Source of the DNA: Pseudoduganella sp.
Lineage (GTDB): Bacteria > Pseudomonadota > Gammaproteobacteria > Burkholderiales > Burkholderiaceae_D
Direction of reading: 5' to 3'
Length of the DNA stretch: 64,000 bases
NCBI GenBank assembly: GCA_039593355.1
Contig: JBCNPK010000011.1
Span: 25,039-89,038 of the forward strand
Below the pieces are notes generated by a model that ran no database searches, had not been told where the DNA came from, and saw only the letters and a list, made by a program, of their open reading frames with translations. Position numbers and translations under genes: made by a program. Positions 27,509 through 36,768 of the stretch are shown here, piece after piece; position 1 is the stretch's first letter, and each line of letters starts with the position of its first letter.

Positions 27509-28191
27509 GCTGTCTCCAGTTCTGCGCGCAGTTCGGCGCGGGGGGCGAGCTTTACGCTGGCTTGGGATTTGATCAGTACGCGCTCCGTATTGGCGCGGGC
27601 GGTGAACCATTCTTTCCACGCAACGGCTTGGCCGCTGGGGAAGACGATTTCACCGTCCAGCGGCAATTCGACGAGGAAGCCGGCCAGCATCAGGGTGCCG
27701 GCATCGAGTTCTTCGACGCTGCGCGGGCGGAACAGCAGGTCGATGTCGGAGCTCTCGCCAAGGTAGGACTGGCCTGTCAGTGCCTGCAGGGCCAGAGAAC
27801 CGAACACGCGCAGATCCAGGGCAGCGCCGGCATCGCTCAGGCGGGCAAAAGGAGACTTCCAGCGCGCTGGAAGTGCGTGCGTGACGGCTGCCAGCGGCAG
27901 GGGAGCGCTGTGGCGCGCAATGTGCCGCACGGGCACGCTTAACGGCAAGCGCAATTTGGCGCCTCTGGCGCGCTCCGGCGGGACGGAAAGACCGAGGCAG
28001 ACGTCAGGCTCATTCGCTCCGTAAGCGGAGCCGTTATGCGCGGCGGTATCCTGGCGCCGTACGATGAGCGGCCAGCGCGCGTCGGCCCAGCGTGCGATGG
28101 CGGCGTGGGCCGGCGTTCCTGGCGCAGCGGCGGACAGGACGTGCTGCCAGCCCTCTTCGGTCAGCCAGGCGAGGTCATGCCGTGCGTACAT
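27505..28191 (-). CDS. mdcG: malonate decarboxylase holo-ACP synthase (phosphoribosyl-dephospho-CoA transferase)
   Basis: MYARHDLAWL...RWPLIVRRQ...VFGSLALQALTGQSYLGESSDIDLL matches the MdcG pattern. It sits in the canonical position after mdcE. Confidence 0.8.
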   Translation of the reverse strand: MYARHDLAWLTEEGWQHVLSAAAPGTPAHAAIARWADARWPLIVRRQDTAAHNGSAYGANEPDVCLGLSVPPERARGAKLRLPLSVPVRHIARHSAPLPLAAVTHALPARWKSPFARLSDAGAALDLRVFGSLALQALTGQSYLGESSDIDLLFRPRSVEELDAGTLMLAGFLVELPLDGEIVFPSGQAVAWKEWFTARANTERVLIKSQASVKLAPRAELRAELETA

Positions 28192-28897
28192 TGGCGCCGC
28201 CGATGATCGCTTCAATGACCGGCTGCGCCGCCTTGCGGCCGCCGCGCAGCAATCCAAGCGCGCTGCGCTGGTCGTCGCGCGGTGCGTTGGCGATGGCGTG
28301 CGCAAGGTGCGCGGCGAGGTCGCCTTCCCAGATCGCCTGCAGGCCGCCCATGCGAAGGTAGTTTTCCGGACCGGGTGCGAAAACGGGATTGCTGCGCGCC
28401 AGTTCCACCAGCTTCCCCTCAGGCACCTTGGTGATGCGCGCCATGGCAGGCAAGCCCATGACGCGGATCGTGGCGTCGGGCAGCGCGTAGCAGGCATCGG
28501 CCATCAGCCCGCTGGTGATGAAGCCGCCGGACAAGGCCTGGTCGTACACCAGCCCGATGATGCGGTGTCCCTTGTGGCGCGCCAGGTCGATGCACTTGCC
28601 CAGGTGGGCCATATAGCTGTTGATGCCCAACATTTCGTCGCGGTGGCGCAGGCGTTGCCCCTGCGTGTCGACCAGCAGCACGATGGCGCGGCCGGGATGG
28701 TTGCGCACCGTCGCCAGCACGGCCTTGGCTTGTGCCAGGGCGATTTCCACGCCGATCGGCGCGTGGCCGGTAGTGCCGATCACGCTGACGGTCTGGCCGT
28801 CCACGCTTGCGCTGCCGTTCAGGAATTGATCATGCTCCACGATGTCGTGCCCGCCGGGGAAGAGGGCGTCGGCCAAAACTTTCCAGTCCATCGTCAT
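28175..28897 (-). CDS. mdcE: malonate decarboxylase gamma subunit (carboxyltransferase)
   Basis: Start at ATG 28897 (ATGA overlap with the mdcD stop). It is carboxyltransferase-like (VLLVDTQGQRLRHRDEMLGIN, ALSGGFI). Confidence 0.85.
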   Translation of the reverse strand: MTMDWKVLADALFPGGHDIVEHDQFLNGSASVDGQTVSVIGTTGHAPIGVEIALAQAKAVLATVRNHPGRAIVLLVDTQGQRLRHRDEMLGINSYMAHLGKCIDLARHKGHRIIGLVYDQALSGGFITSGLMADACYALPDATIRVMGLPAMARITKVPEGKLVELARSNPVFAPGPENYLRMGGLQAIWEGDLAAHLAHAIANAPRDDQRSALGLLRGGRKAAQPVIEAIIGGANVRTA

Positions 28898-29778
28898 GCT
28901 CCCAGGCGGTGCGGCGCGGCCGCGGCAGTGAATGAATCGACGTCGAGCATGGGGATGTCCTGCGGCGCGGCGATGCCGAGCGCTGCCCAGATGTCGGCGG
29001 GATCGCGCAAGCCGCCGAAACGTTCGATGCGCTGCTCCAGCATGGCTTGCTCGGCCTCCAGTCCGGCCAGCGTCAGTTCGACGGTGCCGCTGCGGGCTTC
29101 TTCGATGGCGGCCAGCGCCGCCTGGCGGAAGGCCGGAATGCTGTCTTCCACGATGTGCTGCACGTCGCCCATCAGGTAGCGGTGTTTGCCGCCCGTCGTG
29201 CGCCACACCAGCGCACGGTCGCGCGAATCGAATTCCTCGACGCCGTTGGCGGTTTCGATCACTTCCGGGCCGGACATGGCCAGGCGTCCCTCTTCGGAAA
29301 TCACCAGCTTGTTGGCGCAGCGCGCCACGATGCCCATGCCACCGAACGCGCCGTTCGAGCCGCCGATCAGCACCACGACCGGGATGCCGGCTGCGCGCAC
29401 GTCGAGCACGGCGCGCATCACTTCCGATACCGCGATCAGGCCGGCGTTGGCTTCGTGCAGGCGCACGCCGCCGGTTTCCAGCAGCAGCAGGACCGCATCC
29501 GGACGCTCAAGCAGTGCGCGGCGCAGCAGGCCTACCAGCTTGGCGCCATGCACCTCGCCCACCGCACCGCCCATGAAACCGCCTTCCTGGGCGGCGGCAA
29601 ACACGGTCAGTGCACCCAGGCTGGCACGGCCCACCACCACTCCGTCGTCGAAGGATACCGGCGCGTTGAGCTGGCCCAGGTGCGGGCTGACCACGCGCTG
29701 CGCCGGGCCGATGAATTCGTTGAAGCTGTCGAACAGCGCCAGGCGCTCCCGCGCATTGGCTTCCAGGTAGCTGCTCAT
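28894..29778 (-). CDS. mdcD: malonate decarboxylase beta subunit (carboxyltransferase)
   Basis: Start at ATG 29778 (overlaps the mdcC stop). Contains AAQEGGFMGGAVGEVHGAK and LLLETGGVRLHEAN, typical of MdcD. Confidence 0.85.
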   Translation of the reverse strand: MSSYLEANARERLALFDSFNEFIGPAQRVVSPHLGQLNAPVSFDDGVVVGRASLGALTVFAAAQEGGFMGGAVGEVHGAKLVGLLRRALLERPDAVLLLLETGGVRLHEANAGLIAVSEVMRAVLDVRAAGIPVVVLIGGSNGAFGGMGIVARCANKLVISEEGRLAMSGPEVIETANGVEEFDSRDRALVWRTTGGKHRYLMGDVQHIVEDSIPAFRQAALAAIEEARSGTVELTLAGLEAEQAMLEQRIERFGGLRDPADIWAALGIAAPQDIPMLDVDSFTAAAAPHRLGA

Positions 29779-30089
29779 TTGGCTTCTCCCAGCATTTCTT
29801 CCACCGCCTGGTCCAGGCGCAGGCTGACCACGGCGGGGGTGGCGCCCATGTCGTTGATGGAGATGCGTGTGTCCGCCAGTTGCCAGCGCTCCTGGAAATC
29901 GTTGATCACGGCTTGCCAGATCGGGCCGAAGCCGACGGCGGCGGTCTGGATGCCCACTTCGCAGGCGCCGCCCAGCGGCGTGCTCTCGATCAGCACTTCC
30001 AGGTTTCCCGAGCTGACCACGCCGACGATGCGCGGCTCGGCCGGCAGCGAGCGGCGGCCTTGTTCGAATCGGTAATTGAGTGTTTCCAT
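29775..30089 (-). CDS. mdcC: malonate decarboxylase acyl carrier protein (delta subunit)
   Basis: 104 aa. VGVVSSGNLEVL contains the prosthetic-group Ser context of MdcC/CitD-type ACPs. Confidence 0.85.
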   Translation of the reverse strand: METLNYRFEQGRRSLPAEPRIVGVVSSGNLEVLIESTPLGGACEVGIQTAAVGFGPIWQAVINDFQERWQLADTRISINDMGATPAVVSLRLDQAVEEMLGEAK

Positions 30090-30097
30090 CTTGGCTC

Positions 30098-31765
30098 CTA
30101 CCAGTTGCGGAAGCGCTTCGGCGGGTCATACAAGCCTCCCGACGCCCGCACGAGGTCTTTCATGTTCTTGGCCGCCAGCAGGTCGCGCGTAGCCTGGCGC
30201 TTGTCGATGCCCAGGTCTTCGGCGCGCGTGATGATGCCCCGGTCGCGCAGGTTTTCCACCATGCGCTTGTCGCGCCCCAGCCCGACCGGCGTATAGCCTG
30301 CCACGCCGCGGATGGCCTGCTCGCGCTCTTCCGCGCTGCGGCACAGCAGCAGGTTGGCGATGCCTTCCTCGGTCAGGATATGGGTCACGTCGTCGCCGTA
30401 GATCATCACGGGCGGAATCGCCATTTTCGCCTGCTCGCCCAGTTCCCAGGCGTCCAGCTTTTCGACGAAGGCAGGCTGCATATGTTCGCGGAAGGTTTCC
30501 ACCATCTGCACCACCAGCTTCTGGCCGCGCGGGATGGCCGCGCTGCCCTGGCGCGCCTGTTCGCCCGCCTTGAGCCATGCCGGGCTGGCGTGGCGCCGGC
30601 CGCGCGCATCGGCGCCCATGTTCGGCGCGCCGCCAAAGCCGGAAATGCGGCCCAGCGTCGCGGTGGAGGAGTTGCCGGCCAGGTCGATCTGCAGGGTGGA
30701 GCCGATGAACATGTCGCAGGCGTAGTGGCCCGCCGCCTGGCAGTAGGCGCGGTTGCTGCGCATCGAGCCATCCGGACCGACCGCGAAGACGTCGGGCCGG
30801 GCGCGGATGTAGTTTTCCATGCCCAGTTCAGAGCCGAAGGAATGGATCGACTCCACGAAGCCCGCTTCAATCGCGGGAATCAGGGCAGGGTGCGGATTGA
30901 GCGCCCAGTTGGTGGCGATCTTGCCGCGCAGGCCGAGCGATGCGCCATAGGTCGGCAGCAGCAGCTCGATGGCGGCGGTGTCGAAACCGATGCCGTGGTT
31001 CAGGCGCTGCACCTGGTACTCTGCGTAGATGCCCTTGATCGCCATCATCGCCATCAGCACCTGGATTTCGGAAATCTGCGCCGGGTCGCGCGTGAACAGC
31101 GGCTCGATGTAATAGGGCGTCGGCGACTGCACCACGAAATCGACCCAATCGCCAGGCACGTCGATGCGCGGCAGCTCGTCGACGATGCGGTTGACCTGAA
31201 CGATGACGATGCCGTTCTTGAAGGCAGTCGCCTCCACGATGGGCGGTGTATCTTCCGTATTCGGTCCGGTGTACAGGTTGCCGTGCCGGTCGGCCGCTTC
31301 CGCCGCCACCAGGGCCACACGCGGCGGCAGGTCGATGAAGTAGCGGCTGAACAGTTCCAGGTAGGTATGGATGGCGCCGATATTCAGCTTACCCGCGGCT
31401 GCCAGCTTGGCCACGCGGCCGGCCTGCGGGCCGGAAAACGAGAAGTCCAGCCTGGAGGCGACGCCGCGCTCGAAGACGTCCAGGTGTTCGGGCAGGGCGA
31501 GCACGGACTGCAGCATGTGCAGGCCGTGCACGCGCTGTGGATCGAGTCCGGCCAGCGCCTGCGCCAGGAAGTCGGCCTGTTTCTGGTTATTGCCTTCGAT
31601 GCAGACGCGGTCGCCGTTTTCCAGCACGGCGTGCAGCAGGTCGGCGATGCGGGCTGCAGGCAATGCCTTGCCCGCCAGGTCGCCACCGAGCGCGCTGCGG
31701 GCGCGCGCCAGGCGCTCGTTGCGGTTGCGCTGCAGGCTGTCCCACACGCGGATTGGGGCGTTCAT
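30098..31765 (-). CDS. mdcA: malonate decarboxylase alpha subunit (acetyl-S-ACP:malonate ACP transferase)
   Basis: The 555-aa ORF is colinear with MdcA (MNAPIRVWD...RNERLARAR..., GDRVCIEGNNQKQADFL, GGAPNMG). It is the first gene of the mdc block. Confidence 0.9.
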   Translation of the reverse strand: MNAPIRVWDSLQRNRNERLARARSALGGDLAGKALPAARIADLLHAVLENGDRVCIEGNNQKQADFLAQALAGLDPQRVHGLHMLQSVLALPEHLDVFERGVASRLDFSFSGPQAGRVAKLAAAGKLNIGAIHTYLELFSRYFIDLPPRVALVAAEAADRHGNLYTGPNTEDTPPIVEATAFKNGIVIVQVNRIVDELPRIDVPGDWVDFVVQSPTPYYIEPLFTRDPAQISEIQVLMAMMAIKGIYAEYQVQRLNHGIGFDTAAIELLLPTYGASLGLRGKIATNWALNPHPALIPAIEAGFVESIHSFGSELGMENYIRARPDVFAVGPDGSMRSNRAYCQAAGHYACDMFIGSTLQIDLAGNSSTATLGRISGFGGAPNMGADARGRRHASPAWLKAGEQARQGSAAIPRGQKLVVQMVETFREHMQPAFVEKLDAWELGEQAKMAIPPVMIYGDDVTHILTEEGIANLLLCRSAEEREQAIRGVAGYTPVGLGRDKRMVENLRDRGIITRAEDLGIDKRQATRDLLAAKNMKDLVRASGGLYDPPKRFRNW

Positions 31766-33115
31766 TTACTTGGCTCCCATGATCATGTCGGGCAGGCCGG
31801 TGGCAATGCCGGGGAAGATGCACAGCAGGATCACGGCGGCCACCATCAGCAGCAGGAAAGGCGTCACGCCCCAGATCACGTCCTTCAGCGGAATGTCCGG
31901 CGCGATGTTCTTGATGACGAAGATGTTCAGGCCCACCGGCGGGTGGATCAGGCCCATCTCCATCACCACCGTCATGACGATGCCGAACCACACCAGGTCA
32001 AAGCCCGCTTCGCGCAGCGGCGGCAGGATGATCGGCGCCGTCATCAGGATGATCGAGACCGGCGGCAGGAAGAAGCCCAGCACGATCACCAGCACCAGGA
32101 TGGTCGCCAGCAGCACCCACTTCGACAGGTGCATGCCGACCACCCAGCTGGCGGCGGCCTGGCTGATGTGCAGGTAGCTCATCACATAAGAATAGAGCAG
32201 CGACATGCCGATAATCAGCAAGAGCATGGTCGATTCCTTGATCGTGGACGACAGGATCGGCGACATGTCTTTCGGACGCCAGGCGCCGTACACCACGGCG
32301 ATCAGCACCAGCGCAAGCAGCGCGCCCAGGCCAGCCGTTTCGGACGGGGTGGCAAAGCCGCCGTACAGGGCCACCATCACGCCGATCAGCAGCACGATGA
32401 AGGGCAGCACGCGCGGCAGCATTTCCACTTTCTGGCGGAGGGTGAAGTGCTCGTCTTCCAGGTAGGCCGACTTGGCGCCGCCTTTTTCGTACGCTTCCAG
32501 CGCCAGTTTGTATTCGACGCGGGCGCGGTACACCGCATAGCCGGCAAACAGCAGCACCAGCAGCACGCCGGGTCCGATCCCGGCCAGGAACAGGCGGCCG
32601 AGCGACTGCTCCGCCGCCACCGCGTACAGGATCATGGTGATCGACGGCGGCAGCAGGATGCCCAGCGTCCCGCCGGCAGCGATGATGCCGGCTGCGAAGC
32701 CCGGCGAGTAGCCACGCTTGCGCATTTCGGGAATGCCGGCGGAACCGATGGCCGAGCAGGTGGCGGGCGAGGAGCCGGCCATGGCGGCGAACAGCGCGCA
32801 GGCGAACACGTTGGCGATGCCCAGGCCGCCCGGCACCTTGTGCAGCCAGGTGTGGATGGCCGAATACAGGTCCTTGCCGGCCGGCGACTTGCCGATGGCT
32901 GCTCCCTTCAGGATGAACAGCGGGATCGAGAGCAGGGTGATGGACGCCATTTCCTCGTATACGTTCTGGGTCACCGTGTCGAGCGAGCTGGCGGGCATGA
33001 AGAAATACATGAAGGTGGTGGCCACGATGCCCAGGGCATAGGCGATCGGCATGCCGGAAAACATGACTACCAGGGTGACGATGCCGTACAGCGCACCCAA
33101 TGTCAGTTCGCTCAT
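31766..33115 (-). CDS. dctM: TRAP transporter large permease subunit (DctM family)
   Basis: 449-aa polytopic ORF with DctM-like N-terminal LGALYGIVTLVVMFSGMPIAYALG and SLLSIPLFILKGA. It abuts the mdcA start codon. Confidence 0.9.
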   Translation of the reverse strand: MSELTLGALYGIVTLVVMFSGMPIAYALGIVATTFMYFFMPASSLDTVTQNVYEEMASITLLSIPLFILKGAAIGKSPAGKDLYSAIHTWLHKVPGGLGIANVFACALFAAMAGSSPATCSAIGSAGIPEMRKRGYSPGFAAGIIAAGGTLGILLPPSITMILYAVAAEQSLGRLFLAGIGPGVLLVLLFAGYAVYRARVEYKLALEAYEKGGAKSAYLEDEHFTLRQKVEMLPRVLPFIVLLIGVMVALYGGFATPSETAGLGALLALVLIAVVYGAWRPKDMSPILSSTIKESTMLLLIIGMSLLYSYVMSYLHISQAAASWVVGMHLSKWVLLATILVLVIVLGFFLPPVSIILMTAPIILPPLREAGFDLVWFGIVMTVVMEMGLIHPPVGLNIFVIKNIAPDIPLKDVIWGVTPFLLLMVAAVILLCIFPGIATGLPDMIMGAK

Positions 33116-33666
33116 TTTGCGGCTCCTTTTTCAGTGATGCGAGCCAGCACTTGCAGCAGGATCTGCAGGGTCAGCAAGGTCATGCCGGCCGCCATCATGG
33201 AATAGGGAATCCAGAGCGGCGGCGCGAAGGTGGAAGTGGTGGTCTGGCCGTCGACCCAGGCTTCATGCCACAGCGTCCACGACTTCCACGAAAAGAAGGC
33301 GCAGAACACGAAGGAAAGAAGATCGACAACGAACAGGCGCACTGCATTCACCTTCGGCGGCAGGATGGCGGCGAGCGCTTCGATGCCGATATGGCCGCGG
33401 AAGCTTTGCACGTAGGCGCAGCAGAAGAAGGTCACGCCCACCAGCATGAAGATCGATGCTTCATCCTGCCAGTCCGTCGGCACGTGGAAGAAATAGCGCG
33501 ACACCACCGAATAGGTCAGGATCAGGGCGGTGACAACCATCGCCACCATCGACAGGACCAGCAAGCCCTGGTTCAGTTTCGCCAGCAGCGCGGCGACCGG
33601 CGCCAGGCCGGGAGCCTGCGGCAGCGCCGCCTCCTTGGGCGGATTGAGTTCGAAACCGTGGCTCAC
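33112..33666 (-). CDS. dctQ: TRAP transporter small permease subunit (DctQ family)
   Basis: 184 aa with 4 TM segments. 4-nt overlaps with both neighbours, in the canonical P-Q-M order. Confidence 0.85.
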   Translation of the reverse strand: MSHGFELNPPKEAALPQAPGLAPVAALLAKLNQGLLVLSMVAMVVTALILTYSVVSRYFFHVPTDWQDEASIFMLVGVTFFCCAYVQSFRGHIGIEALAAILPPKVNAVRLFVVDLLSFVFCAFFSWKSWTLWHEAWVDGQTTTSTFAPPLWIPYSMMAAGMTLLTLQILLQVLARITEKGAAK

Positions 33667-34691
33667 AGCGTTTTCTCCGCGAGCGCCAGCAATTTGGCGC
33701 AGCTCTCATTGCGCTCGCCGTAATCCTTCCATGCGGTGGTGCGGGCGATGGCCTGCCATTTCTTGACGGAGGCGGCGCTCAGGTCGACCACTTTGGCGCC
33801 GCTCTTCTGGTAGACGGCTGCGACCTGGACATCGTCGGCCTGGGCGGCCGTCTTGGCGAACGATTCCAGCTCGGCGCCGACCGCCATGATGGCGGTCTGC
33901 TGGTCCTTCGGCAGACGTTCGTAGGCGGAACGCGACATCATCAAAGGTTCGAACATGAACCAGTAGGCCGTGCCGCGCCCCGTGGTCAGCGCTTTCGAGA
34001 CTTCTTCGAGGCGGAAGGAAATCAGTGAGGTGGAGGAAGTCAGTGCCGCATCCATGGCCCCGGTCTGCATGGCGGCGTAGATTTCGTTGGAAGGCAGCGA
34101 CACCACGGCGGCGCCGGCAGCCTTCAGGATCAGGTCCATCTCGCGCGAACCGCCGCGGATCTTCATGCCTTTGGCATCTTCCGGATCAACCACCGGCTTC
34201 ACGCGCGAAGCCACGCCGCCGGCCTGCCAGATCCAGCTCACCAGCACCACCCCCTTTTCCCACAGCAGCTGGGTCAGCGCTTTGCCGATTTCCTGGTTCT
34301 TCCAGCCGTAGCCCTGTTCATAGGTGGTGACCAGGCCCGGCATCAGGCCGATGTTCACCTCGGGCACCTCGCCGCCGGCATAGGACAGCGGCACCAGGGA
34401 CAGGTCCAGCGCGCCCTTGCGCATGGCGGAAAACTGGGCGTTGGTCTTCATCAGCGAAGAGCCGGGATAGATGGCGAACTTCAGCGCGCCCTTGGTCCGC
34501 TTTTCCACTTCCGCCGCGAACATGCGGGTCAGGCGGTCGCGGAAGTCGCCCTCGGTCAGGGTGCCGCCGGGGAACTGGTGGGAAATCTTCAGTGCGCCGG
34601 TCTGGGCCCAGGCGGTTTGCAGCCACAGCGGGCTGGTGGCGAGTGCAGCAAGAACGGACCTGCGGGTCATCTGGGTCATGTCATCCTCCAA
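33663..34691 (-). CDS. dctP: TRAP transporter substrate-binding protein (DctP family), Tat/Sec signal
   Basis: The signal MTRRSVLAALATSPLWLQTAWAQ is followed by a DctP-like body (LKISHQFP..., FAIYPGSSL). Confidence 0.85.
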   Translation of the reverse strand: MEDDMTQMTRRSVLAALATSPLWLQTAWAQTGALKISHQFPGGTLTEGDFRDRLTRMFAAEVEKRTKGALKFAIYPGSSLMKTNAQFSAMRKGALDLSLVPLSYAGGEVPEVNIGLMPGLVTTYEQGYGWKNQEIGKALTQLLWEKGVVLVSWIWQAGGVASRVKPVVDPEDAKGMKIRGGSREMDLILKAAGAAVVSLPSNEIYAAMQTGAMDAALTSSTSLISFRLEEVSKALTTGRGTAYWFMFEPLMMSRSAYERLPKDQQTAIMAVGAELESFAKTAAQADDVQVAAVYQKSGAKVVDLSAASVKKWQAIARTTAWKDYGERNESCAKLLALAEKTL

Positions 34692-34716
34692 GGGGTAAGT
34701 ATGCAGCTTTGTTTTT

Positions 34717-34792
34717 TATGTATACAAGAATATCTTCGCCGAATACATTGTCAAGTGAAATATGCGTCTTATAATGGAGTCTCATATACATA
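34717..34792 (+). promoter_or_regulatory. divergent control region: sigma70-like promoter for the GntR gene flanked by two inverted 13-mers (candidate GntR operator)
   Basis: TTGTCA (34748-34753), 16 nt, then TATAAT (34770-34775). TATGTATACAAGA lies at 34717-34729, and its near-copy in inverted orientation (reverse complement TATGTATATGAGA) lies at 34780-34792. Both contain the GT-N-AC core typical of FadR/GntR operators. Confidence 0.45.
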
Positions 34793-34808
34793 CTGAACTT
34801 TTAGTTCC

Positions 34809-35471
34809 ATGGCGAAACATTCATCCACCCTGCGGGAAACCATCGAAGAAATGATTGCGATGGGCGAGCTGCAGCCCGGGCAGCACCTGGACGAGACCGA
34901 ACTGGCGACGCGCTTTGGCGTTTCGCGCACGCCGATCCGCGAGACACTGATCCAGCTGGAATCGATGGGGCTTGTGGTGATCCGTCCACGGCGCGGCGCC
35001 ATCGTGGCCGAACTCGGGCCGCAGCAGCTGGTGGAAATGTTCGAAGTCATGTCCGAGCTGGAGGCGACCTGCGGCCGCCTGGCAGCGCGCCGCATGACAC
35101 CGGACGAGCAGCAAGTGCTGCTGGCGGCGCACGAAGCGTGCAAGGCGGCCGTGGAAGCGGGAGAGCCGGACGAGTACTACTACCGCAACGAAGCCTTCCA
35201 CGAAGCGATCTACGCTGGCAGCCATAACAGCTTCCTGTTCGAGCAGACGCGCGGCCTGTATCGGCGCCTGCGCCCGTATCGCCGTTTGCAGCTGCGCGTG
35301 CGTAACCGCATCGGCCATTCCTATTCGGAGCACGAGGGCGTGGTGCAGGCAATACTTGCCGGCGACGGCGACAAGGCGGCGGAGCTGCTGCGCAGTCACG
35401 TGATGATCCAGGGCCAGCGCTTCTCGGATTTAATGGCATCGCTGCCGCAGCTGACCAAATCGGCCGCCTGA
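34809..35471 (+). CDS. GntR family (FadR/FCD subfamily) transcriptional regulator, probable malonate operon regulator
   Basis: N-terminal wHTH ETELATRFGVSRTPIRETLIQLESMGLV plus a C-terminal FCD-like helical domain. It is divergent from the TRAP-mdc operon, as MdcY/MatR-type regulators are. Confidence 0.85.
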   Translation: MAKHSSTLRETIEEMIAMGELQPGQHLDETELATRFGVSRTPIRETLIQLESMGLVVIRPRRGAIVAELGPQQLVEMFEVMSELEATCGRLAARRMTPDEQQVLLAAHEACKAAVEAGEPDEYYYRNEAFHEAIYAGSHNSFLFEQTRGLYRRLRPYRRLQLRVRNRIGHSYSEHEGVVQAILAGDGDKAAELLRSHVMIQGQRFSDLMASLPQLTKSAA

Positions 35472-35526
35472 TGATAAATAACCATTTTCGTTTACTTATT
35501 GTCGGGCTATCGGTATATTGGAGCGC

Positions 35527-36768
35527 ATGAACAATGTCCTCCTTATTGCGGCGACTTGCCTGCTTGGCCTGCTGTCCACCACGGGCGCCTCACTGCCGTA
35601 CCCGATCCTGCCGCCGCTGTTCGCCGCGGAAGCCCACAACAGCCTGAATAACTTCCTCGGCTTGCCTCCCAAGCTGCTGTTCGGCATCGCGCTGACGGTG
35701 AACCCGATCGGGCTGGTGATTGGCTCGGCCTTGCTGGGGCCTTTGTCGGACCGCTACGGCCGACGTCCGATCCTGCTGGCGACCGCACTGGGCGCCGCAG
35801 CCGGCCACGCGCTGACTGCACTGGCGCTGGTGATGCAGTCGTATCCCCTGTTTATCGTGGCGCGCTTCGGCACCGGCCTGCTGGAAGGAAATGGCGCCGT
35901 TGCGCGTGCGCTGGTGGCGGAAAAGCTGGAGGGCCCGCAGCGCCTGCGCGCCTTGTCGCTGGTGAATGGCTCGCTGCACCTCGGCTGGCTGGTCGGGCCG
36001 GTACTGGCAGGCTTCACGCTGGGTTTCGGTATCACGGTGCCGTTCTGGGTCGCCGTGGCGGCGCTGGTGCTGGCCGCGGCGCTCGTGGCGGTGACCGTGC
36101 CGTGCGCCGCGAAGGCCCCCGCCGATGGCGCTTCCTGGTGGCAGGTGGCGCGTTCCCACCATGCCATGAACCTGTTGCGCTTCCCGGAACTGCGCACGCT
36201 GTTCATCGTGCAGCTTGCGCTGACCTGCGGTATTACCGGTTTCTATGAATATTATCCATTGTGGCTGGTGGAGCAGGGTGGCTACGACGCGCGCGGCATC
36301 GCGACCGTGAATATGGCCATGTGCGCGGTCATGACGCTGGCCGCGATTATCTCGGGCCGCCCGAGCCGCAGCGAACCGCTGCACCGGGCGAGCTGGCTGG
36401 CTTTCGGACTGGCCGCGGCCGTGGCGGGCGTCGCGCTGGGCAATCTGTGGGTTGGCATGATGGCGATCTGCCTGTTCGGTCTGCCGAACGCTTTCTACAA
36501 TGCGACCGTGCAGTCATGGGCGGCCGACCGTTTCGCCGTGCACGGGCAAGGCTCGGTCATGGGCCTGCTGTCCATGACTTTCTGTCTTGCGAACATCGTG
36601 ATGGCGGCCACCGGATCCGTGCTGGCGCTGGTGGATACGCGCCTGGTCCTGCTGCTCGGTGCCGTCCTCGCGGCGTGGGCCGGCTGGCGGCTGCGGGCCT
36701 GGCGCGCAGAGCTGGCGGCGCTGCCCGCGCAGCACACCACGGCAAATGCCGAAGGAGCCGGCGCATGA
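35527..36768 (+). CDS. MFS transporter
   Basis: 12-TM-like ORF with the MFS motif GPLSDRYGRRPILL. Start chosen at ATG 35527. Confidence 0.8.
   Translation: MNNVLLIAATCLLGLLSTTGASLPYPILPPLFAAEAHNSLNNFLGLPPKLLFGIALTVNPIGLVIGSALLGPLSDRYGRRPILLATALGAAAGHALTALALVMQSYPLFIVARFGTGLLEGNGAVARALVAEKLEGPQRLRALSLVNGSLHLGWLVGPVLAGFTLGFGITVPFWVAVAALVLAAALVAVTVPCAAKAPADGASWWQVARSHHAMNLLRFPELRTLFIVQLALTCGITGFYEYYPLWLVEQGGYDARGIATVNMAMCAVMTLAAIISGRPSRSEPLHRASWLAFGLAAAVAGVALGNLWVGMMAICLFGLPNAFYNATVQSWAADRFAVHGQGSVMGLLSMTFCLANIVMAATGSVLALVDTRLVLLLGAVLAAWAGWRLRAWRAELAALPAQHTTANAEGAGA

Noticed and set aside
30080-33205. 1041-aa plus-strand ORF, the longest in the track
   Set aside because: It lies entirely antisense to mdcA and dctM, which have clear family signatures. 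Its translation is low-complexity and rich in R/H/Q/G/A with no recognisable motif. This is a typical shadow ORF of a high-GC genome.
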